This document shows positions 33,396 through 40,418 of a stretch of DNA of 64,000 nucleotides, in pieces. Under the pieces are notes generated by a model. The model did not search any database, was not told the origin of the DNA, and was given only the letters and a program-made list of their open reading frames with translations. Origin of the DNA: Faecalibacterium sp. (GTDB taxonomy: Bacteria; Bacillota; Clostridia; Oscillospirales; Ruminococcaceae); the NCBI GenBank assembly GCA_050873025.1, contig JBNMHZ010000015.1:15-64014 (forward strand), in the 5' to 3' direction. The position numbers and the translations under genes were made by a program. The first letter of the stretch is position 1. Each line of letters begins with the position of its first letter.

Positions 33396-34361
33396 ATGAT
33401 GAAGGTCATTTACAGCGAAATGGATACTCCCGCAGGGATGAGCTGCCGTCTGGAAGCCGCCGGGCACGCAGGCTATGCGCCCGCCGGGCAGGACATCGTG
33501 TGCGCCGGTGCCAGCACCGTGATGCAGGGCCTTGTGTACCTGCTGGCCGGTGAGGAAAATGCCCACAGCGATGCCTTTGACGAGCCGGACGGCCCGCGTG
33601 TGGCCGTGCAGGCGGATGCACCCTGCGAGGACTGGGTACGCGGTGCTTTTGAGCTGGCCAAAGCGGCTTTTGCCCTGCTGGCCGAGCGCTACCCGGAGAA
33701 CGTCCGCTTTGCGGATGTGAGCCAGAGAGGAAAGGAGAGCATGATGGACCTGCAGATGTTTGCCAGTGAAGGCGGTGATGCCGCACCTGCGGCCCCGGCT
33801 CTGAGCGAGGCCCAGGCCCGGCAGGCGGTGGCTTCCGGCACCATGAAGCCCGGCGAAGCCGGAGCATCTGCGGTTCCTGCCGCACCGGCGGCAGAACCGG
33901 CAGAAGTGCAGCCGGAAAAGCCGCAGCCGCAGCTTCCCCCGCAGTGCCCGAAGCAGAACCTGCCGCCGCTGCCCAGCTTTGCCCGGACGGCACAGTCTGC
34001 CGTGCACAGCCTGCACGCCCGCTGGGCCGCAGAGGAAGCGGCTATGCGCCGCAGCCAGCCGGGCTTTAACCTGCAGCAGGAGCTGCGCTGCCCGGAAATG
34101 CGCCGTCTGATGCAGCTGCCCGGCATGAAGGTGCAGGATGCTTACCGTCTGGCCCACTACGACGAAAACCTGCGCAGCGCTGCCCAGGCGGTGGAGCAGG
34201 GCGTGGTGGAGCGCATCCAGCAGCGGGCTGCACGCCCCACCGAAAACGGCATCCGGCCCGGCGGCGCGGCTACCGTGCGTCCGGATGTGGCCAGCATGAC
34301 CCGCGCCCAGCGCGAAGCACTGGAACGCCGTGTGCTCCACGGGGCACAGATCGAATTGTAA
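33396..34361 (+). CDS. Prp-like cysteine protease fused in frame to a scaffolding protein
   Basis: The N-terminal ~110 aa carries the Prp catalytic pattern (EAAGHAGYAPAGQDIVCAGAST). An internal GAAAGGAGAG RBS precedes ATGATG at 33741, beginning MMDLQMFASEGG (Prp cleavage-type motif). This is followed by an Ala/Pro/Gln-rich helical scaffold-like region. Confidence 0.7.
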   Translation: MMKVIYSEMDTPAGMSCRLEAAGHAGYAPAGQDIVCAGASTVMQGLVYLLAGEENAHSDAFDEPDGPRVAVQADAPCEDWVRGAFELAKAAFALLAERYPENVRFADVSQRGKESMMDLQMFASEGGDAAPAAPALSEAQARQAVASGTMKPGEAGASAVPAAPAAEPAEVQPEKPQPQLPPQCPKQNLPPLPSFARTAQSAVHSLHARWAAEEAAMRRSQPGFNLQQELRCPEMRRLMQLPGMKVQDAYRLAHYDENLRSAAQAVEQGVVERIQQRAARPTENGIRPGGAATVRPDVASMTRAQREALERRVLHGAQIEL

Positions 34362-34386
34362 CGACATAAGAGAAAGGAAACCGACT

Positions 34387-35397
34387 ATGAACCACGATTT
34401 CAACGATTTTAACATTCAGCTGTTCGCCGAGAACCTGCAGAATACCACTGCCACCATGTCGCCGGAGATGAAGACTTTCTACGAGAAGCGTCTCATCGAC
34501 CAGGCAGAGCCGCGCCTGGTGCACGACCAGTTTGCGGATTACTATCCCGTTCCCCAGAACGGCGGCAAGACCATCGAGTTCCGCAAGTACGACAGCCTGC
34601 CCAAGGCGGTCACTCCGCTGACCGAGGGCGTGACCCCGGACGGCCAGGCCCTGAACGTGACCACCATCACCAGCGACCTGCACCAGTACGGCGGCTGGAC
34701 CCCGCTGACTGATGTGCTGCAGATGACCGCCATCGACAACAATGTGGTGCAGGCCACCCGCGTGCTGGCAAGCCAGGCGGGCCGCACCATGGACAGCATC
34801 ACCCGCGATGTGCTGGCTGGCGGCACCAATGTGATCTATGCACCCAAGATCGGCACCGACGGCACCGAGACTGCAGTTGCCAGCCGCAAGGCGCTGGACA
34901 AGACCTGCACCCTGACCCCGAAGCTGTTCTTCCAGGCGGCGGCGCAGCTGGGTGCCATGAACGCAGACCCCATCGGTGACAGCTACATTGCCATCATCCA
35001 CCCCTATGCCGCCTACGACCTGAAGACCAGCAAGGAATTCATTGAGGTGCACAAGTACGCCGACCCGGAGACCATGTTCCGCGGCGAGATCGGCAAGCTG
35101 GGCAACATCCGCTTCATTGAGACCAGCGAAGCCAAGATCTGGAAGGATTCTACCTGTCCGGACGGTCTGGCGGTGTTCGGTACGCTGGTGCTGGGTGCCC
35201 ATGCCTACGGCGTCACCGAGCTGGAAGGCGGCGGCCTGGAACACATCGTCAAGCAGCTGGGCTACGGCGATGACCCGCTGAACCAGCGTGCTTCCGTGGG
35301 CTGGAAGGGGATGCGTGCGGCCGAGCGTCTGGTAGAGCAGTATATGGTGCGCATTGAGAGTGCGTCCAGCTATTCTGCCACCGCGGCCGCAAATTAA
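34387..35397 (+). CDS. Major capsid protein (HK97-fold type; resembles the N4-gp56-like family)
   Basis: 336 aa. The N-terminal propeptide has NIQLFAEN (LQxF|A motif). The position after the scaffold, the size, and conserved blocks (GGKTIEFRKYDSL, LTEGVTPDG, AIIHPYAAYDL, GNIRFIETSEAK) support the call. Confidence 0.75.
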   Translation: MNHDFNDFNIQLFAENLQNTTATMSPEMKTFYEKRLIDQAEPRLVHDQFADYYPVPQNGGKTIEFRKYDSLPKAVTPLTEGVTPDGQALNVTTITSDLHQYGGWTPLTDVLQMTAIDNNVVQATRVLASQAGRTMDSITRDVLAGGTNVIYAPKIGTDGTETAVASRKALDKTCTLTPKLFFQAAAQLGAMNADPIGDSYIAIIHPYAAYDLKTSKEFIEVHKYADPETMFRGEIGKLGNIRFIETSEAKIWKDSTCPDGLAVFGTLVLGAHAYGVTELEGGGLEHIVKQLGYGDDPLNQRASVGWKGMRAAERLVEQYMVRIESASSYSATAAAN

Positions 35398-35399
35398 CC

Positions 35400-35570
35400 C
35401 TCTCGATCTCACCGTCCGCCGATTGGCGGCGCGGTTCGACAGCTCCCCCAAAGGGCAACGGCGACGACTGCCGCCTGCGGCGGAAACAGGAAGGAGCTGT
35501 TGGGGCAGCGGCCAGCAGGACACGAGTGCCGCACAAGGCACGAAGTGGACGCTGGGAGCCGCAACCGGGG
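35400..35570 (+). repeat. R3 interspersed repeat, copy 2, inside the phage island
   Basis: ggagctgttggggcagcggccagcaggacacgagtgccgcacaaggcacgaagtggacgctgggagccgcaac matches 15186-15257. Confidence 0.8.
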
Positions 35571-35596
35571 AGCTTTTGTAAAAGAAAGGAGATAAA

Positions 35597-35812
35597 ATGG
35601 CTGAAAAGAAAAATGTGCGCATCCGGCTGTTCAAGGACAACAGCCGCTATAAGGGTGACCTGTTCGTGAGTGTGAACGGCGTAAATTATAAGATCCGCCG
35701 CGGCGTTGAAGTGGAGGTTCCGCCCGAGGTGGCCGAAGTGCTGGAACACAGCCAGATGCAGGACGAGCTGACCGCCGCCCGCATTGCGGCTGCGGAAAAT
35801 GCTGCACAGTAA
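35597..35812 (+). CDS. Small phage structural-module protein (hypothetical)
   Basis: 71 aa with a GGAG RBS, co-directional and downstream of the MCP. Confidence 0.5.
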   Translation: MAEKKNVRIRLFKDNSRYKGDLFVSVNGVNYKIRRGVEVEVPPEVAEVLEHSQMQDELTAARIAAAENAAQ

Positions 35813-35879
35813 ACAGCAGCTGCCCGGCGGGGAGACTTGGCCCGGCCGGGCTTTTCTATAAAAAAGGAGATGAGCATTT

Positions 35880-36263
35880 ATGACCGTAGGACAGGCGCTG
35901 GAACGCGCCGAAGAGCTGCGCCCGGGCAGCCGCATTGCACTGGCCACCCGGCAGGCATGGCTGCGCGAAGCAGACGCCATGCTGCGCCAGCGATTTTTTA
36001 AAAACAGCATCACGGATGCCTACGACGCCGTTGGCGCAGACCTTGCGTGGGACGACGGCCTGCAGGACGAGGATGTGCTGCTGGCACCGGAACCTTTTGA
36101 TGCGATGTACCCGCATTATCTGTGCGCCATGACCGATGCATCACTGGGCGAGACCGACCGCTATGCCGGGGAGCAGGCCCAGTACAACAGCCTGCTGGCA
36201 GAGCTGGCGGCATGGCTGCGGCGCAGTTACCCGCCCAGAGCGGGCGTGCAGTGGCACTGCTAA
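35880..36263 (+). CDS. Hypothetical phage protein (possible head completion/adaptor)
   Basis: 127 aa with an AAAGGAG RBS. The possible function is inferred from position only. Confidence 0.45.
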   Translation: MTVGQALERAEELRPGSRIALATRQAWLREADAMLRQRFFKNSITDAYDAVGADLAWDDGLQDEDVLLAPEPFDAMYPHYLCAMTDASLGETDRYAGEQAQYNSLLAELAAWLRRSYPPRAGVQWHC

Positions 36264-36276
36264 GGAGGGGAGAAGC

Positions 36277-38160
36277 ATGGTTCTGGCAAACAGAGCAAAA
36301 GTTCAGAACAGCCGCAGCCTTGTGCGGGTGTTCGGCGGGCTGAACGAGACCTACGCCTGTTCAGAAGCCGAGTACAGCGCAGGCGTGAACTTTTCTTCCC
36401 GGGATTTCCCGGCGCTGAGCACCCGCAAGCCCCGCCGGAAGCTGCGGGAACTGACCGGCCTGAACGGCATGTATCACCTGAACGGACTGCTGACCGTCTG
36501 CGGCAGAGACCTGACCTACACGCCGGATGCCGCTGGGGCTGACACCGTGGTCTGTACGGACGCTGTGACGGATGGCAGAAAAGCGCTGGTGGGCATCGGC
36601 ACAAAGATCCTGATCTTCCCGGACAAGCTTGCCTTTGATACGGCAGATGGCAGTGTTTCGGCGCTGGGTGCAGCGTGGCAGGCCGAGGGCAGGAGCGTGC
36701 AGTTTGCGCCCTGCGATGCCGCCGGCAAGACCTACAAGGTGAGCAGTTACGGCAAAGATGAGCCGGAAAAGCCCACGGACGGTCAGCTCTTTTTAAAGGT
36801 GGAGGACGAGGAGCACCCCTGGGCCAGCACCAGCACACTGGAAGAATACAGTGCATCCTCCGGAAACTGGACGACGGTGCATCTGGATTACTGCCGCATT
36901 ACGGCGGCAGGCGTACAGAAGCTGTTTGCCCAGTGGGACACCGTGACCGTGGCGGGCACGGCAGCGCAGCAGGCCGATATGTGGACCAAGCTGGACGGTG
37001 ACCTTGTGGTGTACGATGTGCTGGAAAACGGCCTTAGGGTAAAGGTGAACCCGGAAGGAGACTGTTTCTACGGCACACTGGTGCAGGGCGCAGACCGCGC
37101 CCAGTGGACCAGCATGGATGGCAAAAAGACCCGCACCATTGCGGTGAGCACATCGGTGCAGATGGAGCGCCGTGTGCCGGATCTTGATTATATCACCGAG
37201 TGCGACAACCGTGTGTGGGGCTGCTGCAGCAAAGAAAACGTGATCTATGCCTGTAAGCTGGGAGACCCCACCAACTGGTTCAGCTACCGGGGCATTGCGG
37301 CAGACAGCTATGCGGTGACGGTGGGCAGCGATGGAGCATTTACCGGTGCAGCCACCTGCATGGGCTATGCGCTGTTCTTTAAAGAGAACACGCTGCATAA
37401 GCTCTATGGCTCAAAGCCTTCGGATTTTCAGCTCACCTCGCTGCGCTGCCGGGGTGTGGCAAAAAATGCTGCCCGCAGCCTGTGCGTGCTGAACGAGACG
37501 CTGTATTATCTCTCGCCGGACGGTGTGATGGCATGGGACGGCAGCATCCCTACCAAGGTGTCCGGTGCACTGAATGTCAGCCGCCTTTCCAATGTACAGA
37601 ATGCAGTGGGCGGTGCGCTGGATGGCCGCTACTACCTGCATGTGTCCCGTGCGGCGGAAGCCGGAAATGAAGCAAGGCTGCTTGTATACGATACCGAGCG
37701 CGCCCTCTGGAGCGAGGAGGACGTGTGCTCTTACGAGATGACCAGTACCGGTGGGCAGCTTTATCTGTGGGACGGACAGGCACTGTGGGCTGCAGACCCC
37801 AGCCGGGAAGCCGACTGGCAGACCACCGACGGCGTGGAGAAAAAGCTCAATTTTGAGCTGACCACCGGCGATATCGGTGTGGATGGTGCCGAGGACCGGT
37901 ATCTTTCCCGGCTGACCCTGCGGCTGGATGCCGAGTGCAGCAGCACTGTGGAAGTGGCCGTAAGCTACGACGGCGGCCCCTGGGAGGTGGTGGCAGGCGT
38001 GGCGGCGCAGGAAAGACGCCGCTGTTATGACCTGCCGTTTATCCCACGGCGTCACGGTACGCTGCGGCTGCGCCTGCGCGGCAAAGGGCAGATCACCCTG
38101 CGCAGCATTGCAAAAACAATGGCCGCTGCAAGGGGCGGCATTGCAGGCGGGGAGGTGTGA
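36277..38160 (+). CDS. Large phage structural protein with beta-propeller-like repeats (possible podovirus-type tail hub/nozzle)
   Basis: 627 aa from the ATG at 36277 (TAAGGAGGGGAG RBS). Blade-like motifs recur: LYYLSPDGVMAWDG, GRYYLHV, RLLVYDTERALW, GGQLYLWDGQALW. Confidence 0.5.
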   Translation: MVLANRAKVQNSRSLVRVFGGLNETYACSEAEYSAGVNFSSRDFPALSTRKPRRKLRELTGLNGMYHLNGLLTVCGRDLTYTPDAAGADTVVCTDAVTDGRKALVGIGTKILIFPDKLAFDTADGSVSALGAAWQAEGRSVQFAPCDAAGKTYKVSSYGKDEPEKPTDGQLFLKVEDEEHPWASTSTLEEYSASSGNWTTVHLDYCRITAAGVQKLFAQWDTVTVAGTAAQQADMWTKLDGDLVVYDVLENGLRVKVNPEGDCFYGTLVQGADRAQWTSMDGKKTRTIAVSTSVQMERRVPDLDYITECDNRVWGCCSKENVIYACKLGDPTNWFSYRGIAADSYAVTVGSDGAFTGAATCMGYALFFKENTLHKLYGSKPSDFQLTSLRCRGVAKNAARSLCVLNETLYYLSPDGVMAWDGSIPTKVSGALNVSRLSNVQNAVGGALDGRYYLHVSRAAEAGNEARLLVYDTERALWSEEDVCSYEMTSTGGQLYLWDGQALWAADPSREADWQTTDGVEKKLNFELTTGDIGVDGAEDRYLSRLTLRLDAECSSTVEVAVSYDGGPWEVVAGVAAQERRRCYDLPFIPRRHGTLRLRLRGKGQITLRSIAKTMAAARGGIAGGEV

Positions 38161-38163
38161 TGA

Positions 38164-38349
38164 ATGGCAAGCGTAATGGGCATCAATAAGATCGGCCTGC
38201 CCAAGCTCAGCGAGAACATGGACCCGGAGGACGCCCGCGCCCTGCGCAGCTACCTGTACCAGATGCAGGAGCAGCTGCAGTACGTGCTGTGCAACCTTGA
38301 CACCGAGAATCTGTCCGATGAGCTGCGTGCAAAGCTGCAGAATTTATAA
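38164..38349 (+). CDS. Small hypothetical phage protein
   Basis: 61 aa with a GGGGAGG RBS. There is a 3-nt gap after the upstream stop. Confidence 0.45.
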   Translation: MASVMGINKIGLPKLSENMDPEDARALRSYLYQMQEQLQYVLCNLDTENLSDELRAKLQNL

Positions 38350-38363
38350 GGAAAGGATTTTTT

Positions 38364-39722
38364 ATGGCAAACAAAAAGAAACAGGACGATGTGCTTGCCG
38401 CTGTACAGGCACAGACCGAAGGCGGCCAGCCCGCCGTACAGAGCAGTTATTCTGCTGCAGGGCTGGGCAGCCGGTCGGATGTGGAAAACGCACTGGCAAA
38501 TGCCAGTTACAAGCCCAGCCAGACCGTGACCGATGCGGCCGATGCCCTGAAGGAATGGCAGGCGAACCGCCCGGGTGACTACCAGAGCAGCTATCAGGAG
38601 CGGATCGACCAGCTTTTGAACCAGCTGCTGCAGCGCAATACGTTCCAGTACAGCTACACCAGAGACCCTCTCTACCGCCAGTACGAGCAGAACTATCTGC
38701 AGAATGCCTACAATGCCAGCGCGGACGCTGCAGCGCAGGCAGCAGCCCTTACCGGCGGCTACGGCTCCAGCTATGCTGCCAGTGTTGCCCAGCAGGCTTA
38801 CCAGCAGCAGATCGGTGCACTGAGCAATGCGATCCCCACGCTGTACAGCCTGGCGCTGGATACTTACACCAGCGGCGGCAACGAGCTGGTAAGCCAGCTG
38901 GACCAGCTGAACAGCAGTGAGCAGGACGCCCAGCAGCTGTATAACAATAAGCTCTCGGATTACTACACCCAGCTGCAGCAGAGGGGCGAAGCCTACAACA
39001 GCGCCTATGAACAGGATTACGGCCAGTATCAGGACTACCTGAGCCAGCTGGGAGCCCTGCACGATTACTACACTGCGCAGGAACAGCAGCAGGCGGCACA
39101 GCGCCAGCAGCGGTTCAACAACATCATGACGGCACTGGGCGTTCTGGGCGATGTGGTGCAGATCGCCCTCAGCGGCACTACCGGCATCGGTTCCATGATC
39201 AGCGGCCTGCTGAACACCGGCTATAATATCTACTCCGGCAACCGCCAGTATGAGGCAAGCCGTGCGGATGCCCAGTGGAACCAGCAGCTGCAGGAGCGGC
39301 AGTATCAGGACAGCCTCAACCAGCAGCGCTACGAAAATGAGGCCAGCGAACGCGAATATCAGGATAAACTCAACCAGCAGAAATTCAATAATGACGTCAC
39401 CAGCCAGAAGCTGAATATTGCGCTGGGCGAGTGGAACCTGAAAAAGTCCAGTGCCGCCCAGAAGGCAAGCCGGGCAGGCAGTGCAGCATCCAGCGGCAGC
39501 GACACGGGCAGTGCAGACGGCGCATCTGCCGGCACGGCCAGCCGCGCGGTGGGCAGCGCGACCCGCCTTGGAAGCGATACTTCCCGGAACGTTACGGTGC
39601 CCTATATGGCAATGCTGATGCGCAGCCAGGGCAGAAGCGATACCAGCATCAGCAGTGCACTGCGCAGAGAAGGCTATTCTGCAGCGGAGATCGCACAGAT
39701 CCTGCAGCAGATGAAGCGCTGA
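38364..39722 (+). CDS. Gln/Tyr/Asn/Ser-rich phage protein with a central hydrophobic segment (possible internal/ejection or tape-measure-like protein)
   Basis: 452 aa of low-complexity QQ/YY-rich helical sequence. It contains the hydrophobic IMTALGVLGDVVQIALSGTTGIGSMISGLL. Confidence 0.45.
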   Translation: MANKKKQDDVLAAVQAQTEGGQPAVQSSYSAAGLGSRSDVENALANASYKPSQTVTDAADALKEWQANRPGDYQSSYQERIDQLLNQLLQRNTFQYSYTRDPLYRQYEQNYLQNAYNASADAAAQAAALTGGYGSSYAASVAQQAYQQQIGALSNAIPTLYSLALDTYTSGGNELVSQLDQLNSSEQDAQQLYNNKLSDYYTQLQQRGEAYNSAYEQDYGQYQDYLSQLGALHDYYTAQEQQQAAQRQQRFNNIMTALGVLGDVVQIALSGTTGIGSMISGLLNTGYNIYSGNRQYEASRADAQWNQQLQERQYQDSLNQQRYENEASEREYQDKLNQQKFNNDVTSQKLNIALGEWNLKKSSAAQKASRAGSAASSGSDTGSADGASAGTASRAVGSATRLGSDTSRNVTVPYMAMLMRSQGRSDTSISSALRREGYSAAEIAQILQQMKR

Positions 39723-39755
39723 GTGCGGTCGTCTGCATGAAATAAGGCAAAATAA

Positions 39756-39816
39756 AAAGCATGTGCACACCCGGCGGAACAGCCGTTCCGGAAAGATGTG
39801 TACATGCTTTTGTTTT
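39756..39816 (+). terminator. Terminator closing the phage island
   Basis: Long hairpin AAAGCATGTGCACA...TGTGTACATGCTTT with an inner CGGAAC/GTTCCG stem, followed by TGTTTTA. Confidence 0.6.
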
Positions 39817-39870
39817 ATGGTAAAAATGGTGAGGGATCGGGTACTGCTCGACACCCACCGAATGAAAAGT

Positions 39871-39942
39871 TTCCCGGTAGATATTTCTACGGGTTAGCCC
39901 GCTGTGCGCCGCCGTCTTGCTCGAGTTCCACTGGGCACCCAA
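39871..39942 (+). repeat. Unit A: arm sequence plus a degenerate copy of the tRNA-His 3' end (att-like)
   Basis: 39919-39942 (GCTCGAGTTCCACTGGGCACCCAA) matches tRNA-His GTTCGAGTCCCACTGGGCACCCCA at 21 of 24 positions. The upstream arm (ggtagatatttctacgggtt...cgctgtgcgccgccg) is shared with unit B. Confidence 0.7.
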
Positions 39943-39954
39943 ATAAAAAAATCC

Positions 39955-39979
39955 GCCGTTGCGAAAACATCAGAACGGC
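39955..39979 (-). terminator. Hairpin with a T-tract on the minus strand
   Basis: GCCGTT-loop-AACGGC. The minus strand continues GGATTTTTTTATTT. Confidence 0.45.
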
Positions 39980-39981
39980 AT

Positions 39982-40097
39982 TTCCCTTGGTAGACATTCC
40001 TAAGGGTTGGAATCCGCGGGCTAACCAAAGCCATACTATGGCTTTGGTTGCGTCGCTGTGCGCCGCCGCCCTGTTCGAGCCCCACTGGGCACCACCA
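39982..40097 (+). repeat. Unit B: arm sequence plus a second copy of the tRNA-His 3' end (att-like)
   Basis: 40073-40097 (GTTCGAGCCCCACTGGGCACCACCA) differs from the tRNA-His 3' end at only 2 positions. Together with the real gene it forms an ~40-bp inverted repeat around the terminator at 40101-40136. Confidence 0.75.
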
Positions 40098-40100
40098 ACA

Positions 40101-40136
40101 AAAAAAGTCCGCTGCGTTAAACAGCGGACTTTTTGG
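40101..40136. terminator. Bidirectional terminator downstream of tRNA-His
   Basis: AAAAAAAGTCCGCTG-cgttaaa-CAGCGGACTTTTT. Confidence 0.8.
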
Positions 40137-40214
40137 TGGGGTGCCCAGTGGGACTCGAACCCACGGTCTCCAGATCCACAATCTGGCGCGTTAACCGACT
40201 ACGCTATGGGCACC
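40137..40214 (-). tRNA. tRNA-His (anticodon GTG), with G-1 and encoded CCA
   Basis: The reverse complement is GGTGCCCATAGCGTAGTCGGTTAACGCGCCAGATTGTGGATCTGGAGACCGTGGGTTCGAGTCCCACTGGGCACCCCA. The cloverleaf folds, and the anticodon loop is TTGTGGA. Confidence 0.93.
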
Positions 40215-40221
40215 ACATAGA

Positions 40222-40295
<74 letters not shown>

Positions 40296-40359
40296 ACGTT
40301 GTTATCCCATTGGGTTCCATTATGGCGGCAGCTGTGTGTCAGCACACGCTGCGAGAAGT

Positions 40360-40388
40360 ATAATACCATACCGTACCCATTCTGTCAA
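40360..40388 (-). promoter_or_regulatory. Putative sigma-A promoter of the tRNA-Arg/tRNA-His operon
   Basis: The minus strand reads TTGACA, 17 nt, TATTAT, about 65 nt upstream of the tRNA-Arg 5' end. Confidence 0.5.
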
Positions 40389-40418
40389 GGAAAAATTGCA
40401 AAATTCTTTTTTCTTTTT

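Larger units (their letters stand above)
29600..39820 (+). mobile_element. Phage-derived morphogenesis island (10 co-directional genes; no recognisable integrase, regulator, replication, lysis or long-tail genes)
   Basis: The gene order is TerS-like, TerL, portal, Prp-scaffold, MCP and five structural ORFs, with overlapping or short gaps. The block is bounded on the left by the permease leader. On the right it is bounded by a terminator and tRNA-His 3' end copies. Confidence 0.8.

Noticed and set aside
36136-36276. A programmed frameshift or overlap joining the 127-aa gene and the 627-aa gene.
   Set aside because: The ATG at 36277 is preceded by a strong TAAGGAGGGGAG site right after the upstream stop. 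The upstream part of the long ORF is Arg/Trp/Cys-rich noise, and no slippery sequence was noticed.
39835-40100. Units A and B as complete tRNA or tmRNA genes on the plus strand.
   Set aside because: No complementary 5' acceptor strand (GGTGCCC) and no T-stem 5' strand exists upstream. Only the T-loop-to-CCA portion is tRNA-like.
39798-40220. ORFs of 140 aa (+) and 95 aa (-) across the att-like units and tRNA-His.
   Set aside because: They overlap tRNA and terminator sequences and have no RBS. They are artefacts.
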